Source: an uncultured Nocardioides sp. (GTDB taxonomy: Bacteria > Actinomycetota > Actinomycetes > Propionibacteriales > Nocardioidaceae). From it: a DNA stretch of 64,000 nucleotides. Each line of letters starts with the position of its first letter. Within the stretch, counting starts at the first letter, position 1. Location of the stretch: NCBI RefSeq assembly GCF_947489365.1, contig NZ_CANLDB010000007.1, forward strand, positions 25,068-89,067, read 5' to 3'. Of this stretch, positions 9,093 through 21,405 are shown piece by piece. A program made the translations under genes and the position numbers. The notes under the pieces are model-generated. The model saw only the letters and a list, made by a program, of their open reading frames with translations. It was not told where the DNA came from and did no database searches.

Positions 9093-10521
9093 GGGCGGAG
9101 CTCCTGACGGCTGGTAGGTCCACGACGAAGGAGGCACCGGCGTCGGGGTCGTGCAGCAGTCGGAGGTGCCCTCCCTGGTCGGTCACGAGCTGTCGCGCGA
9201 CGTGGAGACCGATGCCCTGACCGGTGGAGCCCTGACCCCGGACGCCCCAGTCGAACAGCGAGTCGCGCAGGCCCGGCGCGATCCCCGGGCCGTCGTCGGA
9301 CACCACGATCTCGACGCGGTCGCGGCACGGCCGGACGTCGACGGACAGCCCCTCACCGCCGGCGTGGCAGGCGGAGTTCTCGAGGAGGATCCCGACGATC
9401 TCGGTGACGTCGTCGGGCCGTCCCCGCGCCTGCACCTCGCTCGGGCTCCACTCGATCTCCACTCCCCGGGCCCCCATCCGGGTGACGAGCGGGCGGATGG
9501 CCTCGTCCAGGTCGACGGGCTCCAGGGCCGAGGGGTCACGGGCGGCCAGCAGCCGCTCGAGCCGTGCGGTCTCCGACCCCAGCATCTCGGTGAGCCGTGC
9601 CCGGTGACCCGGGGTCATCGCCTCCGCGTCCTGGATCAGCGCCGACGCCGACGCGATCCCGGCGACGGTCGCCCCGATCTCGTGCAGCCGGGCCCGGTCG
9701 GCCCTGTCCTGCTCCTCGAGCTCGGCCAGACGCGCCCGCAGCCGAGCGACGACCTGGTGGCCCTCGCGGATCGAGTGGCGGAGCAGCGCGATGCTCGTGG
9801 CCAGCAGCAGGACCCCGGCCCAGACGTGGGAGACCGTGGTCAGGAGGTACGCCGACGGGCCGACGCCGAGACCGGGCGCGAGGTGCATCACGGTCTCGCC
9901 GACGACGAGGAGCGCGACGGCTCCCCCGAGCCGGGTGACCACCCATCCCGGGAGCCCGGGCACGCGGCTGATGCCCCTCGCCACCGCGAGACCGCCCACC
10001 AGGAGCGCCAGCGAGAGCACCACGACCACGGCGTACGTCGGCGACAGGGGTGGGGCCAGGTCGACGAGGACCCAGCGCAGCCCCGCGGTCCCCAGCCCGA
10101 GGGCCAGCCCGAGGAAGAACGGGTCCACGAGCAGGACGGCGCGCCGGACCGCGGTGGCCCCACCGAGGAGCGCCAGGCAGAGACCGACGTGCACGACCAG
10201 CATCCAGCCGGCGCCACGGGCCATCCGCTCGGGCTCGGCGACGTACAGCGTCTCGAGCAGCGCCGCCTGGGTCGCCACCGCGGTCACGGCGGCCACCAGC
10301 CACGCGACGGCCGGGTGGGTCGCCAGGCGCCAGTGGACGTAGAGGACCAGGGACACCCCCAGCCCGATGACGGCGACGTTCAGGCCACCGTGCGCCAGGA
10401 GGCGCTCGGCGGGCAGGTCGGGCTGCGTCGCTAGCAGCACCAGCGGCGCCGCGAGCACCGCGACGACGACGGCCGTGCCGCCCCCGCTCCAGACCCCGTT
10501 CGGCATGCTTCGGACACTCAT
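9067..10521 (-). CDS. Multi-TM membrane sensor histidine kinase
   Basis: About 8 hydrophobic segments; H-box ARLHEI, N-box ILLENS, VSDDGPGI, GQGIGL. Start re-assigned to ATG 10521 with an RBS. Confidence 0.88.
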   Translation of the reverse strand: MSVRSMPNGVWSGGGTAVVVAVLAAPLVLLATQPDLPAERLLAHGGLNVAVIGLGVSLVLYVHWRLATHPAVAWLVAAVTAVATQAALLETLYVAEPERMARGAGWMLVVHVGLCLALLGGATAVRRAVLLVDPFFLGLALGLGTAGLRWVLVDLAPPLSPTYAVVVVLSLALLVGGLAVARGISRVPGLPGWVVTRLGGAVALLVVGETVMHLAPGLGVGPSAYLLTTVSHVWAGVLLLATSIALLRHSIREGHQVVARLRARLAELEEQDRADRARLHEIGATVAGIASASALIQDAEAMTPGHRARLTEMLGSETARLERLLAARDPSALEPVDLDEAIRPLVTRMGARGVEIEWSPSEVQARGRPDDVTEIVGILLENSACHAGGEGLSVDVRPCRDRVEIVVSDDGPGIAPGLRDSLFDWGVRGQGSTGQGIGLHVARQLVTDQGGHLRLLHDPDAGASFVVDLPAVRSSAHAVAGLAS

Positions 10522-10692
10522 TGCTCCCCCTCGGATGCACCGACAGGGCCCCCCACCGACGACTTGCTTCCCCATGGCCGCGACGGACCCCGGAGCCGGG
10601 GCGCCGCCCTCACAGCGCCCGGCCCCTTTCTCCCCCCTGCAGTCCCGAGACGTGGCGGGACCCACGTTACGCCCCTCGATGAGGTCGTGGGA

Positions 10693-10708
10693 TACCCCAA
10701 ATGGGGTA
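10693..10708. promoter_or_regulatory. Perfect 7-2-7 inverted repeat TACCCCA-AA-TGGGGTA upstream of the TCS operon
   Basis: Perfect palindrome with an AT-richer core in GC-rich intergenic DNA; same geometry as NarL-family sites. Confidence 0.6.
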
Positions 10709-10989
10709 CGTCGCCCGACCACGACCACCGACCACCCTCCCGGACCCACCAGCCACCGGTCCGCCGCGCTGACGCGCGGGCGCCGTGACACGGGGGCGGG
10801 CCCCGAACGAGAGGGGGGATGTCCGAGGCCTGCGCCGCCCGGCCGACGCGACCGGTGACTGGTGAGCCGACCCGGGGGGCGCGGTCCGACCCACCTCCAC
10901 GGTGCGCCGCGGGAGCACCCCGCCGCATCCCAAGAGTTGGGGACCCTCGACCGGTGACCGGCCGGGCCGGGGCGCGGGCCGCCCGGAGG

Positions 10990-11847
10990 TCAGGCGGTGC
11001 CGTCGACCTCGGCGAGGAAGCCACGCAGCTCCTCGCAGAACACCTCCGGTGCCTCGAAGAACGGGAAGTGGGAGCCGCCCTCCTCCCGGGAGAAGATCCG
11101 CAGCCGGGCCCCGGGCACCTGGGCGGCGATCCACTCCTGGGACGCCGGCGCCACGTGGCTGACCTCGCCGCCGACGACCAGCGTCGGGACGTCGATGCGC
11201 GGCAGGACGTCGCGCCAGTCCTGCATGATGTGGTCGTTCAGCAGCTTGGCGCCGTACGGCATCGGCAGGAGCAGGTTCTGCTCGAGCAGCCAGTCGCGGT
11301 CGGCCTGCCCGAGGTCGGGGCTCAGCATCGAGGTGAGGAACGCTGCGCGGGCCGCCTCCGCCTCGGGCGTCAGCATCGCGGCCACGAAGGCCTCCGCGCC
11401 GGCGAAGTCGACGATGGCCCCGGCCTCGGCGGCCTCGGTGGCGTCGAGCCACGGCAGGATCGCGCAGACGCTCGGCTGGTCGACCAGGGTGGTCGACGCG
11501 AGCCGGCCGGTGCCGTGGGCGTCGACGTACGACCAGAGCACCGAGGCGCCGAGCGAGTGGCCCAGGGCGTGCACCGACGACAGCCCCAGGTCCTCGAGGA
11601 GCTCCGCGAGGTCGGCGGCCAGCGTGGCGACCCGGGCCCCGCCCTCGCTGCGACCGGACGCGCCGTGGTTGCGGTGGTCCAGGGTGATGACGCGTCGGTC
11701 GGGAGCCAGCAGCGCGGCCGCACGGTCGAAGACCGCCGCGGACTGCGACCAGCCGTGCAGGACGACGAGCGCCCGCTCGGGCGAGCCGGCGGGGTCCGAG
11801 TCGGTGTAGTGCAGCCGGGTGCCGTCGCGGGTGAGGAGCTCGGTCAT
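10990..11847 (-). CDS. Alpha/beta hydrolase (non-heme haloperoxidase/esterase-like)
   Basis: VVLHGWSQ, GHSLG nucleophile elbow, SHFPFFE. Start ATG 11847 is preceded by CATGCT-N7 (candidate leaderless promoter). Confidence 0.88.
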   Translation of the reverse strand: MTELLTRDGTRLHYTDSDPAGSPERALVVLHGWSQSAAVFDRAAALLAPDRRVITLDHRNHGASGRSEGGARVATLAADLAELLEDLGLSSVHALGHSLGASVLWSYVDAHGTGRLASTTLVDQPSVCAILPWLDATEAAEAGAIVDFAGAEAFVAAMLTPEAEAARAAFLTSMLSPDLGQADRDWLLEQNLLLPMPYGAKLLNDHIMQDWRDVLPRIDVPTLVVGGEVSHVAPASQEWIAAQVPGARLRIFSREEGGSHFPFFEAPEVFCEELRGFLAEVDGTA

Positions 11848-13151
11848 GGCGCCGAGCATGCGACGCCGGGCGTCACGTGACCACCGTCACCCGACGAGAG
11901 CGCCGGCCCGGTGTTCCTCCCGTTGTCGCAAGCCGCGAGGTCGGCCATCGCGAGCCCGACGTGGAGCGCGAGGCGGACCCGGCCGTCGTCCAGGTCGAGC
12001 CCGGCGAGCGTGCGGATCCGGTCGAGCCGGTAGTAGAGCGTCGTCCGGTGGACGTGCAGCTCGTCGGCCGCCGCCGGGATGTTGCCCGCCCGGTCGAGGA
12101 AGACACGCAGCGTGTGCACGAGGCGCCCGTCGGTGTCGACCCGCAGCAGCCGCTCCAGCTCGTCGGGCAGCACGGGCGCCCCGGGCGACCCGGCCCGGCC
12201 GACCTGCAGGAGCGCGGCGTGGACACCCAGGTCCTCCCACGCCGCGACCGGTCCCGGGACGGCCGTGCCCGCGCCACGGCTCGCGACGACGGCCTGCTCC
12301 CCCGACCGCCACGCCTCGCCCCAGCCGTGGTGCCCCGTCCCGACACCGACCACCGCGTCGAAGCGTCCGGCGGACAGCTCGTCCGCCCGGCGCACCAGGC
12401 CCTCGGCGTACGCCGTCACGACGGCACGCGGGAGGGGCTCGGCCGAGACGAGCAGGACGACGGCGTCGGTGTCGCGGACGGTGACGACCGTGCGCGCCGG
12501 GGTCCGGGCGTCCCGGAACCCGACCGCGTGGCGCAGCGCGGCCGCCGCGTGCGCGGGCTCCACCTCACGTCCGGGGTCGTGGCCCACCGCGGCGAGCACG
12601 AGGGCCTGCACGCAGGGGGTCGCGGCGGTGTCGAGCAGCCCTCCGGCGGCGCGGACCGCGTCGAGTCGGACGGCGGGCGCGGGGTCGAGCACCGCGTCGA
12701 GCAGGCTGTCCAGGGCGGCGTCCCGCGGCTCACGGTCCCGGTGCGCGGCCTCGGACCGCCCCGCCAGCAGGAGCACCGCGACCTCCTCGGCCACCGCGAC
12801 GACCTGGTGCACCTCCGCGGGGTCGAGGGTCCCCTCGGCGTCGACGACGAGCACCATGCCGAGCATCTCCCCGCGCCAGCGCACGGGCACGCAGAGCCGC
12901 GCGTGCATGCCGAGCGCGGGCTCGCCGGGGATGGTGCCGGGGCGGCTCCAGCGCCCCACTCCCTGTGCCAGGACGTGGCCGACCGCGCCGGCACCGGCCT
13001 GACGCTGCAGGATCGCCTCGGTCCGCACGCGGTCCTCGTCGCCGTAGTGGGGGCTCGCGCAGAGGAACCGCACGTCCGGGTCGTTGACCACGACCGAGCG
13101 CTGCAGGCGCTCGGCGAGCCCGTCGATCACCGCCTGCACCTGCGCCAGCAC
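11844..13151 (-). CDS. PucR/CdaR-family transcriptional regulator
   Basis: N-terminal LAERLQRSVVVND..; C-terminal LVHTLRVFLDRAGNIPAAADELHVHRTTLYYRLDRI HTH. Confidence 0.88.
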   Translation of the reverse strand: MLAQVQAVIDGLAERLQRSVVVNDPDVRFLCASPHYGDEDRVRTEAILQRQAGAGAVGHVLAQGVGRWSRPGTIPGEPALGMHARLCVPVRWRGEMLGMVLVVDAEGTLDPAEVHQVVAVAEEVAVLLLAGRSEAAHRDREPRDAALDSLLDAVLDPAPAVRLDAVRAAGGLLDTAATPCVQALVLAAVGHDPGREVEPAHAAAALRHAVGFRDARTPARTVVTVRDTDAVVLLVSAEPLPRAVVTAYAEGLVRRADELSAGRFDAVVGVGTGHHGWGEAWRSGEQAVVASRGAGTAVPGPVAAWEDLGVHAALLQVGRAGSPGAPVLPDELERLLRVDTDGRLVHTLRVFLDRAGNIPAAADELHVHRTTLYYRLDRIRTLAGLDLDDGRVRLALHVGLAMADLAACDNGRNTGPALSSGDGGHVTPGVACSAP

Positions 13152-13299
13152 GGCCGGAGCCTACGCAGCCTCCTACAGGGAGAGGAAGGCCGTCGTCCCG
13201 GGCTCGGCCCACGACGGGTGCCGACGCGTACCGCACGGGCCACGATGGACGGGCGACCCGTCCCCCGCCTCGTCGACGAGACCACCCCCCGGAGCCGCC

Positions 13300-14118
13300 G
13301 TGCCGACGTCCAACCCGACCGGCCGCTCCGGGGACCTCGAGGGCACCGTCGTGCTCGTGTGCGGGGCCGGCTCCAGCGGCGAGGCGGTGAGCAACGGCGA
13401 GGCCGCCGCGCGCACCTACGCCCGGGCCGGCGCCGCGGTCGCCTGCCTGGACCGCGACAGCGACGAGGCGGAGCGGGTCGCGGCCGAGATCGCCGCCGAG
13501 GGCGGGACCGCGCTGGCCCTGACCGCGGACGTCTGCCTCGAGGACGACGTCGCCCGGGCGGTGCGCCGGGTCGCGGAGGTCTGGGCCCCGCCGGCCGGCC
13601 TGCACAACAACGTCGGGGCGCCCGTGGTCGGCGACGTCCGCGAGCTCGACCGCGAGCGCTGGGACCAGGCCCTCGCCGTGAACCTCACGAGCTGCTACCT
13701 CACCGTCCGCCACGTGCTGCCCGCGATGCTCGACGCCGGCCGCGGCGCGATCGTCAACGTCTCCTCGACGGCGAGCATCCGCGCCACGGGCTACACCTAC
13801 CCCGCGTACAGCGCCGCCAAGGCCGGGGTGAACCAGCTGACCGTCTCCCTCGCCCTCACCTACGCCGACCGCGGGATCCGGGTCAACGCGGTGCTCCCCG
13901 GCCTCATCGACACCCCGCTGGTCGGCCGCTCCGTCGTCGAGGACGCCACGGCGCTGGACGAGCAGCGCGCCGCCCGGGCCGCGGCGAGCCCGACGGGGCG
14001 CATGGGCAGCCCCTGGGACGTCGCCGAGGCGGCGCTGTTCCTCATGAGCGACCGCGCGGCGTACGTCAACGGGGTGCTGCTGCCGGTCGACGGCGGGCTG
14101 AGCGCGCGCAGCACCTGA
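13300..14118 (+). CDS. Short-chain dehydrogenase/reductase
   Basis: VCGAGS..NG glycine-rich start, LHNNVG, YSAAK (YxxxK), NAVLPGLIDT, VNGVLLPVDGG. Start re-assigned to GTG 13300. Confidence 0.9.
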   Translation: MPTSNPTGRSGDLEGTVVLVCGAGSSGEAVSNGEAAARTYARAGAAVACLDRDSDEAERVAAEIAAEGGTALALTADVCLEDDVARAVRRVAEVWAPPAGLHNNVGAPVVGDVRELDRERWDQALAVNLTSCYLTVRHVLPAMLDAGRGAIVNVSSTASIRATGYTYPAYSAAKAGVNQLTVSLALTYADRGIRVNAVLPGLIDTPLVGRSVVEDATALDEQRAARAAASPTGRMGSPWDVAEAALFLMSDRAAYVNGVLLPVDGGLSARST

Positions 14119-14139
14119 GGGCCCGCGAGGGCGGCCCGG

Positions 14140-14172
14140 GTCAGGTCAGCGTCAGGTCAGCGTCAGGTCAGC
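14140..14172 (+). repeat. 11-bp tandem repeat GTCAGGTCAGC x3 spanning the permease stop codon
   Basis: Three exact copies at 14140, 14151 and 14162. Confidence 0.9.
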
Positions 14173-14974
14173 ACGTCCTTGCGCGCGAACACGACGTACG
14201 ACGCGCCGAGCAGCAGGACCGCCCAGCCGACGGACCAGGTGGCCCCGGTAGCCATCGCCGAGGCGTCGACGTCCGCGGCGAGGACGTCGGCCCAGGCGAA
14301 CTGGAAGTGCGTGGGCAGCGCGTCGCGGAGGTCGCCGAGCGCGTCGATGGTGTCGAGGATGCTGGAGACGATGGTGACCACCACCGCGGTGCCGACGGCG
14401 CCGAGCGGGGCGTCGGTGACGGTGCCGACGAAGAACGCGAGCGCGCCGACGAAGAGCAGGTTCACGAACAGGTACGCCACCGCGACGCCGAGACGCGGCC
14501 AGAGGTCGACCCACGCGATGGTCTCGCCCGCGAGGCCCCGGTAGGGCTCGGTGCCGTAGGCGACGAGGCCCACCAGCATCGTCCAGGCCGGCAGCAGCAC
14601 GAGGGCCACGGCGGTCGACAGCGCGGCGACGAGGAGCTTGACGCTCAGCAGCCGCGACCGCGGGACCGGCGCGGTGAGCAGGTAGCGCAACGACCCCCAG
14701 CTGGCCTCCGCAGGCACGGCGTCGCCCCAGAACAGCGCGACCACGACCACGAGCAGGAACCCGGTCGAGGCGAACAGCGTGAAGACCACGAGGTTCGGCG
14801 CCCCGGTCTGCGCGAGGTCGACGAAGGACGGCGCCCCGCCGGGCTCGTCGTCCCCGCCGAGCGAGAACGCGCCGACCAGCAGCAGCGGCAGGACGAGGAG
14901 GAACCCCAGGATCAGCCGGGTACGACGACGTCCGAGCTGGCGGCCGACCTCGGCGCGGAGCGGGAGCGGGCGGC

Positions 14975-14978
<4 letters not shown>
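14163..14978 (-). CDS. ABC-2 type transporter permease
   Basis: About 6 TM segments; GDAVPAEASWGSLRYLLTAPVPRSRLL..K motif; ends FARKDVLT. ATG 14978 overlaps the upstream stop (ATGA). Confidence 0.88.
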
Positions 14979-17743
<2,765 letters not shown>

Positions 17744-17816
17744 GGCCCGCTTGCGCCTCAGCTCCGGCCCCCGTCCATGACCCCAATCTAGGCGGCGGCT
17801 CCTGAGCCCCGGGCGG

Positions 17817-18473
17817 TCACGACAGCTCGCTGAAGCGCTCCACGTCCTCCTTGCGGCCCGAGACGATGACCAGGCAGTCCCGGGTCACGACGGTCTCCGC
17901 GGTCGCGTGGTGGAAGTCGGCACCGCGCTCCTTCACCCCGATCACCGTGACTCCGTGCCGGCGGCGTACGCCGGTCTCGCCGAGCGGGGTGTCGAGGATC
18001 GCCGCCGGGGGGTGCATCTTGACGATGGCGTAGCCGTCGTCGAGCTCGATGTAGTCGAGCAGCCGGCCGGCCACGAGGTGGGCGATGCGGCGGCCGGTGT
18101 CGTGCTCGGGCCGGACGACGTGGTCGACGCCGAGCTGCTCGAGGATCCTGGCGTGGGCAGCCGAGATGGCCTTCGCCCAGATCGAGGTCACGCCCAGCGT
18201 CCTCAGCACCGAGCAGGTGAGGATCGACGCCTCCAGGTTGGAGCCGATGCCGACGCAGACCCGCTGGAACTCGTCGATGCCGAGCTGGCGCAGGGCCTGC
18301 TCGTCGGTGGAGTCGGCGGCGACCGCGTGGGTGACCTCGCCCGACATGCGCTGGATGGTGTGCTCGCTGGAGTCGATGACCAGCACCTCGGTGCCCTGGG
18401 CCATCAGCTCGCGGGCGAGCGACTCCCCGAAGCGTCCGATGCCGATGACCGCCACGGCGTCCCTGTCTGCCAC
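17817..18473 (-). CDS. TrkA/KtrA-family K+ uptake regulatory subunit
   Basis: VIGIGRFG NAD-binding motif, VAADST, VVRPEHDTG, TrkA_C tail. Confidence 0.92.
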   Translation of the reverse strand: MADRDAVAVIGIGRFGESLARELMAQGTEVLVIDSSEHTIQRMSGEVTHAVAADSTDEQALRQLGIDEFQRVCVGIGSNLEASILTCSVLRTLGVTSIWAKAISAAHARILEQLGVDHVVRPEHDTGRRIAHLVAGRLLDYIELDDGYAIVKMHPPAAILDTPLGETGVRRRHGVTVIGVKERGADFHHATAETVVTRDCLVIVSGRKEDVERFSELS

Positions 18474-18506
18474 GGCCTCATCCAAGCAGGGCCGGGCCGG
18501 TCGGTG

Positions 18507-19877
18507 TCAGCCGATGAGGGGACGACCCTCTGGGTAGCGGTACAGGTTCGGACGGTCGCGCAGCGCCAGCGCGGAGACCAGCGTCAGGGCACCGATGCGA
18601 CCGACGAACATGAGCACGATCAGCAGGACGTGGGCGGAGCGCGGCAGGTCGGCCGTCCCGGCGACGGACAGCCCGGCGGTGGTGAACGCCGAGGCCGTCT
18701 CGAACGCCGCCACCTCCAGGTCGAGGTCGGTCAGCACCATCATCACGAGCGTCGCGCCGAGCAGGATGGTGAGCGTCAGCGTCGCGACGGCCAGCGCCTG
18801 GCGCTGGGTGCGGTCGCCGATGCGGCGCCCGGCGGTCTCCACGTCGCGCTGGCCCCGGACCTCGGCCAGGATCACGAGGCCGAGCAGCACCCAGGTGGTC
18901 ACCTTGATCCCGCCGCCGGCGCTCGCGGCACCGCCGCCGATGAACATGAGGATGGTCGTGACCAGGGCGGACTCGCCCGTGATGGCGCCGTAGTCGACGG
19001 TGGTGAGACCCGCCGAGCGCGGCATCACCGACATCGTGAAGCCCGCCAGCAGGCGGGTGCCGGCCGGCTCGCCGCCGAGGGTGGCGGGGTTGGTCCACTC
19101 GAACGCCGTCAGCGCGAGCCAGCCGAGCAGCAGCAGGGCGACCCAGCCGCCGAGCGTCATCTTGGTGTGGAGCGACCACTCCCGGACCGGCAGCACCCGC
19201 TTGCGCAGCTCCAGCAGGACCGGCAGCCCGATCGAGCCGAGGAAGACCCCGACGCAGACGGGGACGACGACGAGCGGGTCGCCGACGAAGCGGGCGAGGC
19301 TGTCGTCCCACAACGAGAACCCGGAGTTGTTGAACGACGACACCGCGTGGAACAGCCCGTACCAGAGGGCCCGGCCGAACGGCTCGTCGTACCCGAGCCA
19401 GAGCCGGAGGGTCAGGATCACGGTGAGCGTGGCCTCGATGACGGCCGTGACCTTGATCAGGCCGAAGAGGACCTCACGCACCTCGCCGAGACCGACGGTG
19501 TTGGTCTCGGCGACCGCGGTCAACCGGCTGCGCAGCCCGAGCCGCTTGGTCACCAGCAGGCCCAGCAGCGAGGCGAGCGCCATGATCCCGAACCCGCCGG
19601 CCTGGCAGAGCACCAGGATCATCACGTGCCCGAACGACGACCAGTACGTCGCGGTGTCGACGGAGGTCAGCCCGGTCACCGACACCGCGCTCGTGGCCGT
19701 GAAGAGCGCGTCGAAGAAGGACGGCGAGTCGGCACCGGCCCGCGAGACCGGCAGCAGGAGCACCACCGTGCCGACGGCGATGACACCGGCGAACCCGAGC
19801 ACGATCGCCGGACCCGGCCGGTCGGAGAGCCTCCGGCGGCGCCGGCGCCCGAACTGCTGCGACTCGAGCGTGCTCAT
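18507..19877 (-). CDS. TrkH/KtrB-family K+ uptake membrane subunit
   Basis: FTATSAVSVTGL, FHAVSSFNNSGF, MFIGGG..S.GGGIKVTT, FETASAFTTAGLS, MFVGRIG; ends YRYPEGRPLIG. Confidence 0.93.
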   Translation of the reverse strand: MSTLESQQFGRRRRRRLSDRPGPAIVLGFAGVIAVGTVVLLLPVSRAGADSPSFFDALFTATSAVSVTGLTSVDTATYWSSFGHVMILVLCQAGGFGIMALASLLGLLVTKRLGLRSRLTAVAETNTVGLGEVREVLFGLIKVTAVIEATLTVILTLRLWLGYDEPFGRALWYGLFHAVSSFNNSGFSLWDDSLARFVGDPLVVVPVCVGVFLGSIGLPVLLELRKRVLPVREWSLHTKMTLGGWVALLLLGWLALTAFEWTNPATLGGEPAGTRLLAGFTMSVMPRSAGLTTVDYGAITGESALVTTILMFIGGGAASAGGGIKVTTWVLLGLVILAEVRGQRDVETAGRRIGDRTQRQALAVATLTLTILLGATLVMMVLTDLDLEVAAFETASAFTTAGLSVAGTADLPRSAHVLLIVLMFVGRIGALTLVSALALRDRPNLYRYPEGRPLIG

Positions 19878-19892
19878 CCGTGGCGTCGCGGG

Positions 19893-20996
19893 TCAGTCGT
19901 CGGACTCGGTGGAGACGGTCTCCCCGTGGGTGCCGGGTCGCGGGGCCCAGGGCCGCTCCTGCGCCGGGCGGACGACGATCAGCCGGTCGCCGCGCGCCAG
20001 CCGGGTCACGACGGGGTCGAAGTAGCGGTAGACCTTCTCGTCGCGCACCACGGCGATGACCTGGTCCGGCACCGACTGCGGCGGGGAGCCGACCTCGGCG
20101 ACCAGCAGGTCGCGCTCGGCGACCTCGAGGCCCTCGCCGCGCGTCAGCAGGTCCTCCATCACCGTGCCGAGCGTCGGCGACAGGGTCGAGAGGCCCAGCA
20201 GCCGACCGACGGCGTCGGAGGAGGTGATGACGGAGTCGGCCCCGCTCTGCCGGACCAGCGGCACGTTCTCGTGCTCGCGGACCGCGACGACGATCTTCGC
20301 CTCGGGGTTGAGCTGGCGGACGGTGAGGGTGGCGAGCACGTTCGAGTCGTCGCGGTCGGTGGTGATGATGACCTGCGCGGCGTCGGCCACCCGGGCGCGA
20401 CGGAGCACCTCGCGCCGGGTCGCGTCGCCGACCACCACGGCGAAGCCGTCCTCGTGGGCGTCCTCGCGGGCGTGGGGGTCGGAGTCGACGACGACGACCT
20501 GCTCCCGCGCCAGCCCGTTGCCGATCAGGACGTCGACCGCGCTGCGGCCCTTCGTCCCGTAGCCGACGACCACCACGTGCTGTCCCATCCGTCTCCTCCA
20601 TCGCAGCACCCGCAGCGCCTCGCGGCCCTGCGAGGCGAGCACCTCGAGCGTCGTACCGATCAGCAGGACCAGGAAGGCGATGCGCAGCGGCGTGATCACG
20701 AACGCGTTGACCAACCTGGCCTGCTCGCTGGCGGGCGCGATGTCGCCGTACCCGGTCGTCGAGAGCGTGACGGTCGTGTAGTAGATCGCGTCGACGAGGC
20801 TGATCCGGTTGTCGGGGTCGCCGTTGTCGTTGTAGCCGCCGCGGTCGAAGTACACCAGCGCGACGGTGAGCACGAGGATCCCGAGCGCCAGGAGCAGCCG
20901 CTTGGCGAGCTGCCAGACCGGCGAGCTCTCCTGCTCGGGGAGGTCGACGCGACCCCGGTCGCCCGGGGCGGACACCTCCACGGGTTCACCGGCCAC
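19893..20996 (-). CDS. 2-TM potassium channel with RCK domain
   Basis: Selectivity filter TLSTTGYGDIAP; RCK motif VVVGYGTKG. Confidence 0.92.
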   Translation of the reverse strand: MAGEPVEVSAPGDRGRVDLPEQESSPVWQLAKRLLLALGILVLTVALVYFDRGGYNDNGDPDNRISLVDAIYYTTVTLSTTGYGDIAPASEQARLVNAFVITPLRIAFLVLLIGTTLEVLASQGREALRVLRWRRRMGQHVVVVGYGTKGRSAVDVLIGNGLAREQVVVVDSDPHAREDAHEDGFAVVVGDATRREVLRRARVADAAQVIITTDRDDSNVLATLTVRQLNPEAKIVVAVREHENVPLVRQSGADSVITSSDAVGRLLGLSTLSPTLGTVMEDLLTRGEGLEVAERDLLVAEVGSPPQSVPDQVIAVVRDEKVYRYFDPVVTRLARGDRLIVVRPAQERPWAPRPGTHGETVSTESDD

Positions 20997-21005
20997 GTGC
21001 GGAAC

Positions 21006-21386
21006 CTAGTCGACCACGGCGCCGTAGATCAGCACCCGCCCCGAGGCGTCGTCCGGATCGTCCGTCGCCTCGTCGGCGGGGGCGTCGGTGGTGCGGACCA
21101 CCACGAAGCGGAACTCGTCCCCCGCCGAGGGTCGTTCGGAGCCCGCGCTGCGCTCCCAGCGCCCGCAGAGCAGGTCGTCGTCGCCGCTCTCGTCGGCCAC
21201 GTCGGAGGCGGCCTCGTCGAGCGCCGCGACGTCGTCCCCCGAGAGGCACAGGACGCTGCCGGCGGCGTCGAAGGACTCCACGGTGCCCACGGTCCGCTCG
21301 GGTCCGTCGGGTCCGGCGACGACGCCGAGGAGGTAGCCCGCGAGGAGGATGAGAGCCCCCATGGCGACGGCGACCGGGGTCGGCAT
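21006..21386 (-). CDS. Hypothetical membrane-anchored protein
   Basis: N-terminal hydrophobic helix, then an acidic domain with two Cys. Codon usage is typical of the window. Confidence 0.6.
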   Translation of the reverse strand: MPTPVAVAMGALILLAGYLLGVVAGPDGPERTVGTVESFDAAGSVLCLSGDDVAALDEAASDVADESGDDDLLCGRWERSAGSERPSAGDEFRFVVVRTTDAPADEATDDPDDASGRVLIYGAVVD

Positions 21387-21405
21387 TCTGACGGTGCCCA
21401 CGTTT

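Noticed and set aside
17817-20996. Three adjacent K+ transport genes as a novel system
   Set aside because: A KtrAB-type pair plus an RCK channel are well-known families with ordinary motifs.
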